Part shown: positions 13,571 to 34,434 of the stretch, in pieces
Position numbering within the stretch: position 1 is the stretch's first letter
Layout: every line of letters starts with the position of its first letter
Source of the DNA: Hormiphora californensis
Taxonomy: Eukaryota; Animalia; Ctenophora
Length of the DNA: 64,000 nt
Direction: 5' to 3'
Assembly (NCBI GenBank): GCA_020137815.1
Contig: CM035354.1
Span: 1,860,001-1,924,000 of the forward strand
The notes under the pieces: generated by a model
Databases searched by the model: none
What the model saw: only the letters and a program-made list of their open reading frames with translations
Told to the model about the DNA's origin: nothing
Program-made: the position numbers and the translations under genes

Positions 13571-14136
13571 TTGGCATACGTTGCAGGCCCCTTATAATAT
13601 AATATAAGGGGCCTGGAGGGAATACCGCGCTAGGGGGGAATACATAATCAATCATATCTCCGGTTCCAGATAAGGTACAGAAATCGTTTTGGTAGCGTTG
13701 GAAAGAGGAAGATAACAGCTTTCAAATGCAACCGGTTTCAGGTCTCTATCTTATCAGGAACAGGAGATATGAACCAAACTCCGCAAAATCGAGTGCGGTA
13801 AAATCAAAATTTGAATGAAATTTTAAAAAGGTGTCCCTGCAAGAATCTGTGACGTCACTTTTTGAAAACAACCCATCTTTCAACGGCTATTGCTCAGCCT
13901 CCTTAAGTCCAATTAACTTCTCTCAAAAACAGCAAGGTAGATAATCGTCAGATCTAACAACTGGTGAAAGAATCAAGTCAAACGGACTTCAGGAGCCAAA
14001 GTTATAAGCACCGCCGTTTTTTCGACCGCAAAGTTATCTTCGACCCAGCCGGGATCAGGCCAAACGCGCGCGCGGCATTCCCTCCAGTCCCCTCGTTGCG
14101 GGGGTGCGCGCATGAGGGGGCTGCAGCGCATTCCAA
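13571..14136. mobile_element. Non-autonomous Mutator/MuDR-like element (9-bp TSD)
   Basis: Flanked by GCACCTCAT at 13562-13570 and 14137-14145. Imperfect TIRs TTGGCATACGTTGCAGGCCCC / GGGGCTGCAGCGCATTCCAA. The superfamily call rests on TSD length only. Confidence 0.7.
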
Positions 14137-14155
14137 GCACCTCATCAAAGAGAGC

Positions 14156-15014
14156 GGTAAGTCGGAAGAACCTGTCCGTTCCTCTCATGAGCGCTCATGA
14201 GTGTATCATGAGTGTGTCATGAGTGTATCATGAGTGTATCATGAGCGCTCATGAGACGTTTTTAGGTGTTTCAACGTCTCATGAGCGCTCATGAGTGTAT
14301 CATGAGTGTGTCATGAGTGTATCATGAGCGCTCATGAGTGCTCATGAGACCTTGCTCATGAGCGCTCATGAGACATATGTCTCATCCCATCTCTGTTTCA
14401 ATGTCTCATGAGCGCTCATGAGACGTTTTGACCTACATGTGCTCATGAGTGTATCATGAGACATGTCTCATGAGACATATGTCTCATGAGACGTTAGGGT
14501 TAGGGTTATGGTTGGGTTTAGGGTTGGGCTAGGGTTAGGGTTATCCTTTAGGTCTAGGGATCCGTAGAGGGTAGGGCTAGGGTTAACCCATAGGCTTGGA
14601 CCTAGCGGGTCCCAATACCTTAAGAAAAGCCCTAACCCTAGCCCAACCCTAAACCCAACCATAACCCTAACCCTAACGTCTCATGAGACATATGTCTCAT
14701 GAGACATGTCTCATGATACACTCATGAGCACATGTAGGTCAAAACGTCTCATGAGCGCTCATGAGACATTGAAACAGAGATGGGATGAGACATATGTCTC
14801 ATGAGCGCTCATGAGCAAGGTCTCATGAGCACTCATGAGCGCTCATGATACACTCATGACACACTCATGATACACTCATGAGCGCTCATGAGACGTTGAA
14901 ACACCTAAAAACGTCTCATGAGCGCTCATGATACACTCATGATACACTCATGACACACTCATGATACACTCATGAGCGCTCATGAGAGGAACGGACAGGT
15001 TCTTCCGACTTACC
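14156..15014. mobile_element. Non-autonomous Merlin-like element, 385-bp TIRs, 8-bp TSD
   Basis: TSD AAGAGAGC (14148-14155, 15015-15022) and termini GGTAAG...CTTACC. Arms 14156-14540 and 14630-15014 are mirror images built of CTCATGAG/TCATGA 12-mers and TTAGGG-like repeats. GG termini with an 8-bp TSD fit Merlin. Confidence 0.82.
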
Positions 15015-15514
15015 AAGAGAGCTCCCCATCCAGAAGATACCGCGCGCAGGGGACACCACGCGCAGAAGAGACCGCACGCGCAAATACAACGCCGCGCTGG
15101 TCTCTTCTGCGTGCGGTGTCCCCTGCGCGTGGTATCTTCTGGATGGGGAGCTCTCTTTGATGTGGTGCGCTCTTGAAGTGGTGTCTTCTGGAGGTGGTGC
15201 GCTCTTGGATGTGGTCTCTTTTGGGTGTGGTGCGCTCTCAGGTGTGGTCTCTCTTCGATCGGGTGCGCTCTTGGGTGCTCTTGGAGGCTCTTGAACTTTA
15301 TTATGGTTCCTTATGGGACTAGAAAAGAACGGTCAGTATTTGCAGGCGGTAGACCCTGGTCCTTGCAAGGGCCTGCAGCGCTCGAACCGGTCGTGCGCTG
15401 GATAAAACTGCTGCTGCACTCGATTTTGCTCCCACGCGCAAATGTTCTTGTTGCGCGCACAAGACTCACGTGCGCGCTGGAAAAATTTTACTGATCGTGG
15501 TTCCAACATTTTTG

Positions 15515-16250
15515 GCCAGCCTTAAAATTTGGGTGTTTAGGGCCAGCGTTAAAATCTGGGTGTTTTGGGAGTGCTGACAAACGGTTTTTTAGGGTTAGGG
15601 CTAAAGTAGGGTTAGGGTTAGGGTTGGGGTTTGGGTTGGGGTTAGGCCTTGACATTCCCTACCAGATAAACTTTGAATCAGCCAAAACGGTTGAGTGGTT
15701 TGGCGGTTAGATCCATTTTAGTGAATCAACTTTTTTGGCAGCGCGCACCTGTAAACAGGCCTCCAAACACCCAGATCGTAACGGCGCCCGGTGTTTGGTG
15801 AGTGCTGACAAACGGTTTTTTAGGGTTAGGGCTAAAGTAGGGTTAGGGTTTGGGGTTTGGTTGGGGTTAGGCCTTGACATTCCCTACCAGATAAACTTTG
15901 AATTAGCCAAAACGGTTGAGTGGTTCGGCGGTTAGAGCCGTTTTAGTGAACCAACTTTTTTGGCAGCGCACACCTGTAAACAGGCCACGAAACACCCAGA
16001 TCGTAACGGCGCCCAAGATTTTTCGAGCAGACTGGAAAGCGCTGCCTTATAGGGATCCCTAAAAAACTTCAGTATTTACACAGCGTTTATACAGTCGTTA
16101 CACCCAGAGTACCCAGATTTTAAAGCTGGCCGGTTAGGGCTAGGGTTAGGGTTAGAGCTGGGGTTCGGGTTGGGTTTAGGGCTTGAGATTTCCTATCAGA
16201 TACTCTTTGAATTAGCCAAAACGGTTGAGTGGTTCGGTGGTTAGAGGTTA
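15515..16250. repeat. Tandem ~230-bp units with telomere-like TTAGGG tracts (dispersed family, possibly Helentron/HINE-like)
   Basis: About 3 copies of agggttagggctaaagtagggttaggg...aactttgaattagccaaaacggttgagtggtt...aaacacccagatcgtaacggcgcc. A diverged copy lies at ~52665-52890. Confidence 0.75.
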
Positions 16251-16984
16251 ATGTACCGTCACGTTTAGTTGGACGCTATCAAAATTCAACTTAATGAATG
16301 ATTTTTGTTGGAAAGTTGAAAAAGATCTAAAGGCACAGTTTTATCATGAAGGATTGTGAAGGCAATCTTTAGAGGCCACGACTAACTCTTGTTGAGAGCA
16401 TACTTATCTTATCAGTAATTAGTATTTCATTAGTTAAAGAAAAGCGAAATATGTATTATGGATACACGAATCACGATTTAATGATTAATAACTATGATTA
16501 TGTTGTAATAACAATACCTATGATCTTGTTTTGACTGTGATACAATTCCATTTTTAAATTTTGTAACTGATACCTCTTTAGAATTTATATGGAAGAGCAG
16601 TATTTGATATTGTGTAAATTCAGATTAAATAATAGATTAGAAGTTCGTATTACATACCTGTAAAGTGCAATACCATTTTCTTAAAAATATATCCAGCAAT
16701 CAACACCCCGACCGTCCAACATATACATGTATATACACGTACATTAGCTCCCAGCTGTCACGCAGTTTAATTGGGCCGCTCACACTGAATGTGTATAATG
16801 TCAGTGTGCATATATTATATCATTTGTACTGTTCCTCGCGATAATGTATAGGTATATCAGATCTGTGCATGTAGTGTACACTTCAGATGTTAGTCGCAAT
16901 GACCGCAATATGGCGGCCTACAACACACAGTGATACACGTGGGGGCCCCCATGGGCTTTCATTACAACTCACACACAGTAATTA

Positions 16985-17036
<52 letters not shown>

Positions 17037-18358
17037 CCCTCTCTCTCTATTTCTAACTTTCTTTCTCTCTTTCTTTCTCTGATCAACTCACTCTCTCCCC
17101 TCTCTGATCTCTTCGTTCCCTCATTATACAACCAAACATTTTGATGGCTACTTGGTCAGACTTTGTAATGATCAAGGTTCGACTTTCTATTTGAAGGAAG
17201 CTATTCGGACTGGAATTGTCCAACAAATGTTACTCTCACTTCATCTTCACGTTCTCATAATATGAGAGAGTTGGGTTGATCAGAATTCTTGGGATAACCT
17301 CCTAGATATAATATCTCTAGGAAGTCTCAAGAATTCTGATCTGCAACTTGATTGACGTTGCAGGCCTGATTTTATATGGTAACTCCACTAACATATAACC
17401 ATCCTAGCCACACAATTTAAAGCTCGGTATTTTAACAAGTTTTTAATAGTTAGCTGTTTCAAAGTTAATGATTTTCGTCTCACTTCAATCTCACTAAGAA
17501 CACTTGTAGGTCTGCTTTTTGTGGTTTTAGTGTGGTGGTATTCACGTTTATACCCCACCACTCAGCATCTTTAATCCCGCGTGTAACTGACATGGCCGGG
17601 TAAATTCATTAGATAGACCATCTCTTTCTTTATCCTGCTCTCTCTTTATATTCATCTCTAGTAGAGATTCCCTCCCTCTCTCTTTCTCCCTTCTCTCTTT
17701 CTCCGGCCGATTTGAGCCCTGTACTATACTCAGATAGATTACTTGCCTCCATTTGGGCCGATTTGCCGGACCTGGTATATTGCAATATATATAATTGTCT
17801 CTCTGTGTTTTCTCCAACACACTTATTATTAACAATTGTGTCCCAGATCCTGCCGCGACTAGCTAGTTGTTGGAATTTAATTCAATCACAGAGGCCTGCA
17901 GGTGGTAATATATACCAAACAGCAGCTCTATCGACATTTGACACATTATATAAGAGTTATAGTTGTGTGTGTATACATTTGTCTGACTATGCCGGTAGTT
18001 ATAAACCTCTGCTTAGTAGATCCTCAGACAATATAATTTGTAGTACATATTGTACTCTCTGTAATTTGTATTTTGAGTACCCCCCCCCCCCCCCTAGCTC
18101 TGTCGCTATCGTATATTGTATACTCAAAATATGAGAAGAAATAATGACATTTGAAGACTCTTCAATGAAGAGTTGATTAAGTTAGAAATATATGCAGGCA
18201 TCCATGACCGGTATCCATGACCTAATCTAGAGACATATATCGACCGTATCGATATATATATATCGACCGAGGGGATACTCAACAAACAATTTGTTAATGT
18301 CAACTACAGCGAAATAATACAACTGTATTTTATAGCCTGGTGGTTATGTAAGAAGTGG

Positions 18359-26787
<8,429 letters not shown>

Positions 26788-27825
26788 GTAAGTTCGACTG
26801 GTGGATTTGTGTTAATCGAAAGGTGATCATGTGGAAGGTGGTTGAAACATGGAAATGATGTCGCAGGGGCCAGGGGGGGTAAAATTTGTCAAAATGATAG
26901 AACGATGATTAGCCAGTCCTCCAAATTGATCTTCTAGTGAGTATTCAGCCTCTTGAATTTAATTGGCATTCAGAAGAGATTAGAGATAGTTTCTAAGATT
27001 TGGCCCAATTAGAAAGATAGGTAGATGATATCGTCAATCGTGAGAGATAGATATCGCCAGAGAGAGAGAGCAGCTGCTGGTTTGCAATGACAGAAGGCAG
27101 CTTACACACGCAGCAGACAGTCACACAGTCACACACACACACAGTCACACGGGCTGTGTTCAGTTAGTGACTGGCGGTGCCGCGCACAGAAAGTAAAGCA
27201 CAGTGCGCAGCAGTTAATAAACGCGCGCGAAACATGTGAGAAACTCCCACAATGAAACGAAACTTGTTGTTTTTTGTTGTTTTTAACAGATTCAAACAAC
27301 AACAAACTGTGATATAGGTCTTCTTTGACATAGTCCATGTTTGTCGGCTCTCACACCGGGCCGAAGGCCCAGTGTGAGCTTACGCGAGTCCGAAGGCGCT
27401 TAATGGGCCCAACGGGCAGACTGCGTAGCATGGCAAGGTCTTTGATTATTTCGAAGTTTTTGAGCAACAAGTTGAGATCAAAGATTAACATTTAAACATA
27501 ATCCTGACCATAATTAATTGCTGCAGTATTAGCAGTGCTATATTAGTCCATGCAACGTCACATTCAGACTGTCAGAGACGGGATATTTCAATATGTTGTC
27601 CAGTGGAAGTTCTGATACTATCCTATTTTGATTCCCCAGTACACTCATACACTAAACAAGTAACAACTCATTTCATTTCAGGATGAGAAGCGTGACGCAT
27701 TAATGACGCGGTTCGGTGAAAGGTTAAAACAGCCACGTGGAAACTAAGATATCGACGGTGTGCAACATGTGTTATAATACGGCTTGAGTTGATCGACCCA
27801 GAACAATGGATATAGGGGGATATCG

Positions 27826-27827
<2 letters not shown>

Positions 27828-27918
<91 letters not shown>
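27828..27918. repeat. (TG)n microsatellite
   Basis: Direct inspection. Confidence 0.95.
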
Positions 27919-27920
<2 letters not shown>

Positions 27921-29875
27921 ATGGTGCCACAGGGTGGCGGTGTGGGGAGCGAGACCTTTTTTAAACTTTTACTGGGGGCCTGATTACTACGTCTTTCTCT
28001 ATGAGTGCAGTGGGTGTGTGGTGTGATGCCGATATAGTGTGACTCACGCTGTGCAGTTGTTTTGAATTGCAAAATACACCGTGTGCGTGGGAGAGTGTAA
28101 AATATTTGTTGTGCACCATGGCGATTTGGAGTCAATATTTGGGGATGATGTCCAAGTCAGTTTGTATCGGTATAAAAATGTGGGAAATGTTGACGCTATG
28201 AAATGTGTGTTCCTTTCTAGCGTGTTCCACCCATGCTTAGTACGATTTCTAAAACCAATACGAGTAAAACTGTGACATGAGGGGTGTGTGTGAGAGAGAA
28301 AGAGCTGTAAGTTATTTCCATGGACGAGATTGTGTGTTGAACATAATTGTGAAAGAGTTCCTATTTGTTGGATCCAATAAATCACCGCCTTTTTTGTGTG
28401 TCTCAATTTATCTTCTGAATATGAATACATATTTTCAGTTTTGCTTTTCATTATCTGGCATACACCGGAGAAGGGGGCTGTGAGAGCATTGGCCTGCCAG
28501 GGGGGGGGGGGGGGGGGTACCTACATGCGGTTGTACGGGATAATGTATTGTAAACCGTGATCTCTGTGTAACAACCATGAGAGAAGAGGAAGTGTAAGCC
28601 TGATCACGAGCTGTGACAATCATATCGGATGACCACTGTTGTTCAGTTATTTTCTGCGACATATGTACAACATTGCAATGAATGAATAACTCAAAAGATG
28701 TATAGAAAGTGTAGCTAAAAGGTAACACAAATCATAAATCACTTGACTATAATTCTTGGATCTAATTCTCACGTTTAAACTAATGAATTGATCAGTCAAG
28801 GGAGTCTCCTATGTCCAATCATAACATGAAGTAAATTAGCACTGCATCTACTCAGCCATATTTAATCCCTCCGAATCTCCATTGCATCTTAGACCTCTCT
28901 CCCAATACTTCTCATAGTGGTGCTCACGCCGTCATATTGGCCACACGTACAGTTGTTTTGCTCAAAGCCATGTCGAACAAACTCAAAGCAAACGCACAGC
29001 GCCCCCATGTGTCGTTCCAAGCGTCCAAAACTACAATGTATCAGTATGCTATTTATGCGTTTTGGACACGGGTAACGACACATGGGGGGGGGGGGCACTA
29101 CGTGTGGTTGGCCGCGAACAGAGGGGCGCGACGTGTCCAATACGTGTGGTCAAAATATAACGGAGCGCCACAGTGGTGACCACTGTCTCAATATTTCTCA
29201 CTAGCAGTCTACACAGCTAATACACAGTTCAGTCCAGATCTTGCTAGAAGTAGACTCTATCATGTAGAGTCTCCCTCCTCATAGTCATGCTGTAGACACC
29301 TCTGCCCTGACATTGCTCGGCACACTGAAATGCTGTCCATTTGATGCTTTCTGTTCTTGAACCATCCGGTACTGGGTGCTCTTCTCTCTAATGTTCATCA
29401 CAATCATTACTGGAGCGGGAGGGAGGTGTTTAGGAGTTGGTGACATGGACACCTGTGTGAGATCGACGTCGCGCACGACTGAGATCGATCTCAATCGAGC
29501 TCGAATTGCAACCTATTCTCGATCGAGAATAGGTTGCAACGGATCCAAGTTTAGGAGGTGTTATAAGTGTATTTCATGTTAGGCCTAGGAGTGGAGTGGT
29601 TCATGTTAGAAACAGGGCCCTGCAGGGGGGGGGGGGGTATTATATCATTCTGAATCATTCAGTGAACAGTTCACCGAGGGTAATTATTAATTAAAAAAGA
29701 GAAGGAGGTATTTTAGTGGGGGAGCCTGTCAGAGCATTGGCCTGACCCTATTCTGCGGTCAGAGCATTGGCCTGACGTCGACGAGGGGGAGCCGAGGTTC
29801 TAGATTGTATACTTACCCACTATCAGTAAACAGAGGGCTCCAATGATAATCCCTGGCATTATCACTATACTTACC

Positions 29876-29983
29876 CACTATCAGTAAACAGAGGGCTCCA
29901 ATGATAATCCCAGGCATTATCCACTTCTTGGCCTCCATCGGGACGGGAACAAAGGGCTCAAAAGTGGGCTCAGTATCAGACAT
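29876..29983 (-). CDS. First coding exon of a small putative single-pass membrane protein (downstream exons unresolved)
   Basis: An acceptor-like CCAG precedes ATG. Reads MSDTEPTFEPFVPVPMEAKKWIMPGIIIGALCLLIV, then a G|GTAAGT donor. Confidence 0.4.
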
Positions 29984-31120
29984 AGTTAATACTTCTGGTA
30001 GATGTAGATTAATTGGCATTAATTGCAGCTCAGTTTGGCATCTCTATTCTAACAGAGATATAGTCCAGTTGTTATATATCAAGGCAGGTAGTAACAGGAA
30101 GAGCTAAGGACTGCAATTATCGTGTTGTAGTACTAGTGGTACTGAAGTGGCAGTATATGTGACGTGTACTTTGTACAATGTACATCACTTACTGGGGCAC
30201 TTCAGTGCGTGTTTTCAGGACAAATTGGCACACCAATTTGTAAGATCTAGAAATGGCCTACCTAATAAGCAACTTGGACTCCGAATTGGAGCATATCAGT
30301 ATCCAAGAGTTTGTGAAATTTATTCAACAACAATTCACAGATAATGGAAGGAAAAGCAGTCCACTCAGTTCAGTAATATGTATCATACATGACTATGGGT
30401 CACTGAGTATTGCCTATATTGAGCTGTCTGGCGCCGCCGACCCCATCTGAGAATCAAATGGGGTATGGCGCCGCCATACAGCTATTGAGTATGAAAACTG
30501 GCCTGTGCTGGGGCTATATAATATGTAATAGTAGGGCTGTAGATGTATAGAAGCAAAGGAAAAAGTCTCTAGAAAGAGTGACATACTTTGGCTAGTATAG
30601 GCCTAATTAGGTGACACTTCTTCCAAGTTAGTTAGTTCGTGTCATCATACAGTGCTGGAGAAAAAGGGCTCCGGATAGAAGAGAGAGAAAATTACGGCAC
30701 CAAACTAGATAATTTCACTGCGAGCTATGATGTAAAACTAAAATAACATTGAATCACCCTAATTTAAAACTTTCATGTTACTCATACGGTGGTCCATGTA
30801 CCATGGTGATTGGTGCAGTTCTCTTTTGTACACCGTGTACAAAAGAGAATTATATTACCCTGACACACCACTGAGTACTCTGCAGAGACTCAGAGACTCA
30901 GAGAAGAACCTGCAGAGTAGGAGCACAAGGTACTTAGAACAGAATAGTTTCCTGAATATGTTTATGTGTACCGAGCTAGCGAATGGCAGAGTAAGAGTTC
31001 GTGTACATACTACTCGTGTGTATAACGCACACCTCTCAGAGCGGTTGGAGAGCCATTATGTTGGGGGTGAGAGGGAGAGAAAGAGGGATAATAAGGGAAT
31101 TTTAGCTAAATAAGGCCCGA

Positions 31121-32066
31121 AACTAGGGAAAAATTTGTAACAAGCTAATTCCTTCACCAATTGGTCCCTATGGGTCCCTAGAATCACCAAAAAAAAATCA
31201 CAAGAAATCCGCGATGGCGAAGTTGGGTTTTTGGACCACGCCCTTTTACCTGTATTTTCAGTTGAATATGGTCAAAAAATAAATTCTCTTGAATAGGAGT
31301 AGAGAAGAAAATAAGGACACTAAATTGTGTAGCGTCCTCGCATTAGTGGGGGTAGACGCCCATGAAAAGTCTCTATCTCATTTGGTTAATTAGATAATTG
31401 GATAATTAGATATGCGCAGAGCCGTTTTTGGCCATATGGCTATAGCCACTTAGGAATGGTTTAGAGACTTTTCACTGGTGCCATTTTGTAGGCAATGGCC
31501 AAGTTATGGGGGGTCGACGTCGGACTTTTAAGCTCTATCTCCAACCGTTTAGCCGTTATTTGGCTTTAAAGATGCTCAAAATCGGGCTTTTTACCGTTTT
31601 TTGCTCATTTTGAGCATCTTTAAAGCCAAATAGCGGCCAAACGGTTGGAGATAGAGCTTAAAAGTCCGACGTCGACCCCCCATAACTTGGCCATTGCCTA
31701 CAAAATGGCACCAGTGAATAGTCTCTAAACCATTCCTAAGTGGCTATAGCCATATGGCCAAAAACGGCTATGCGCATATCTAATTATCCAATTATCTAAT
31801 TAACCAAATGAGATAGAGACTTTTCATGGGCGTCTAGCCCCACTAATGCGAGGACGCTACACACTTTAGTGTCTTTATTTTCTTCTCTACTCCTATTCTA
31901 AGAGAATTTATTTTTTGACCATATGACTGAAAATACAGGTAAAAGGGCGTGGTCCAAAAACCCAACTTCGCCATCGCGGATTTCTTGTGATTTTTTTTGG
32001 TGATTCTAGGGACCCATAGGGACCAATTGGTGAAGGAATTAGCTTGTTACAAATTTTTCCCTAGTT
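31121..32066. mobile_element. Foldback/MITE: near-perfect 946-bp palindrome (arms ~460 bp, 24-bp spacer)
   Basis: AACTAGGGAAAAATTTGTAACAAGC... / ...GCTTGTTACAAATTTTTCCCTAGTT. TSD is ambiguous (TA or CTAG). Confidence 0.85.
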
Positions 32067-32917
32067 CAAAGCTAATATTCCCTAATTAGGAGGGAGAAAT
32101 AGAGATTTGTTGGAGTAGGACGCTTGCTCTTGCCCCGGGGAAGGAAGGTCGAACAAGGCAAGCTTGCTCCAAGTGGGGGTGAGCGGGAGATAGAGAGAGA
32201 GTTGTTGGAGTCCAATAACTCTCTCTATCTCCCGCTCACCCCCAACATGAGAGTCTCATTGAGAGTCTTGGCGGGAATTTGTAGAAAGTGAGAACTGTGT
32301 TTGAAGAACTGTGTTTGAGAACTGTGTGTGAATCATCATAGGGCCGGGGGGTGGCAATATCTAAACTAGGCCACATTTGTTGAGTAAGGGCCAAACAAGA
32401 CCAAATTAGGATTATGAGGTTTGGTTTTTTATTGCCCTGGTCCACTTCATACAAAAATTAGTTCTCCACTACTCATTGATATTCTATGGGTATCTGTCAG
32501 AGCATTGGCTTGACAGATGGGTATTCTATCCATGCCCTCTCGAGAGCTCTCCCCGGTCCTTACATTCAACAAAAACGACGAGGGAAAGGTAGAAAGGAGC
32601 AAGGATTAGGAGGCCTCTACTAAAATGTAATTGGGCTATGTATAGTTTCCTACAGTATCACTATCACTATTACTTCAGATTTTAATGAGCGTGTGACTGC
32701 TACCTTGGCTAAAAGCCAGCATGAGCAAGAGACAAATTAAACTTTAATCCGGGGAATTTTCTTCCTATAATCCTAGGCTATAAGTTCTATATGTATGTAT
32801 ATTCAGATTTGATTTTGATGATAACAGTCTCGAATCTTTAATCGGTATTTTATGAAAATGGAACTGGCACCGGATGCAGATGCTGAACGTTGTTAGTAAA
32901 CCGCAGACGACAGTAAA

Positions 32918-33725
32918 TTTCAGGGCGGGTTTAGCTTTTTTGGCTCTACTTTTTAGGTTAAAAATAAAAAGCCATTGACAAAAAAGGCCAAAATAGTATA
33001 AACCAAAAAAGCCAGATCAAAAAAGCCAAAAAGTCTCGGGGGAAATATAAAAAAGCTAAAAAAAGCCAGATCAATAAGCCAAAAAAAAAGCCAGATCGAA
33101 AAACTGGGGGGGGGGGGGGGGGGGGTGCAGCCCCAAAAAAATTCAAACTTTTTCCGAAACCCAGGGTATGGTTGGTTTTTTTTGGTTTTTTTTTTGGTTG
33201 AAATTTCTTTGATTTTTTTTGGTCGTTTTTGATTTTTTTTGGTCGTTTTTGATTTTTTTTGATCTTTTTTGATTTTTTTTGATCGTTTTTGATTTTTTTT
33301 GAATTTTTTTGAATTTTTTTGATCGTTTTTGAATTTTTTTGATCGTTTTTGATTTTTTTAATTGTTTAATGTTGAACAAAAAAGTTCAAAAAAAATCAAA
33401 AACGATCAAATAAAATCAAAAACGATCAAAAAAATTCAAAAAAAATCAAAAACGATAAAAAAAAATCAAAAAAGATCAAAAAAAATCAAAAACGACCAAA
33501 AAAAATCAAAAAAGATCAACAAAAATAAAAAACGACCAAAAAAAATAAAAAAAGATCAAAAAAAATAAAAAAAGACCAAAAAAAATCAAAAACGACCAAA
33601 AAAAATCAACACTTTTGAAAATTCAGGGTATGGTTGGTTTTTTTTGGGCTGCACCCCCCCCCCCAAAACTAAAAGCCAGATCAATCCCGGATTTCAGGGC
33701 GGGTTTGTTTTTTTTGGCTTTGGCC
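32918..33725. repeat. Composite repeat with inverted arrays of ~19-bp AAAAAAATCAAAAACGATC units
   Basis: A T-rich array (~33200-33362) faces an A-rich array (~33378-33608). Direct repeats tttcagggcgggttt (32918, 33692) and cagggtatggttggttttt (33162, 33624); inverted G-run/tgcagccc motifs. Confidence 0.8.
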
Positions 33726-34360
33726 TCCAAACCCCCTCCCCCTCCTCCCCCATTATTGTTTCATGAGCTGCTAATAAAATTAACTGCCGACCGACATCCG
33801 GAATTTAATCAGCTTGCAAATTAAGATTATGATTCACGGATGTGAAACTAGGAATAATTTAGGTTTCATCTCACAGTCACACACACAGTACACACTCAGA
33901 CTCTGTAGTGCGTGTACGTCACAGCTTGATAAAAAACAAAGTTCACAGTACACACGTGTGACTTGTACTGACAATGTATTCTAAATTCTAATTCAGGCGG
34001 ATTTCAGCTTTGCGGTCACGAAAACTACCAGATAATATTATGTACTTGAGCTTTAAACAACGATATTAATAACATCTTTGTTCAAAGCACATCAATTAGT
34101 ATAACATCCTGAAACGAATCGTTAAGAAAGCTAGAAATATACAGAGATGAACGTTGGGTATTTTTACGTATCTCTCTCCCCCCTCTCTCTCTCCCTCTCT
34201 CTTTCTCTCTCTCCCTTACTCTCTCGACGCTCGATTTTAATCTACAATTGAGTGTCTCACTCTTGGCTGGACTAATTGGGTGTATGATGGGCGAACACAC
34301 TCAGTATAATATATGAGATAAACTCCCAACACCGGTGGATATGAGATGAAGATAAGCGTT

Positions 34361-34434
<74 letters not shown>

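Larger units (their letters stand above)
13488..15311. mobile_element. Non-autonomous foldback DNA transposon hosting two nested insertions
   Basis: TIR AGGAACCATAATAAAGTTCAAGAGC / GCTCTTGAACTTTATTATGGTTCCT, flanked by TA. Removing the two inserts reconstitutes a palindrome with aagagcgcacc subrepeats and a central hairpin at 15015-15170. Confidence 0.8.

Noticed and set aside
14494-14677. Chromosome end-to-end fusion site
   Set aside because: The repeats are short and degenerate and lie inside a TSD-flanked element.
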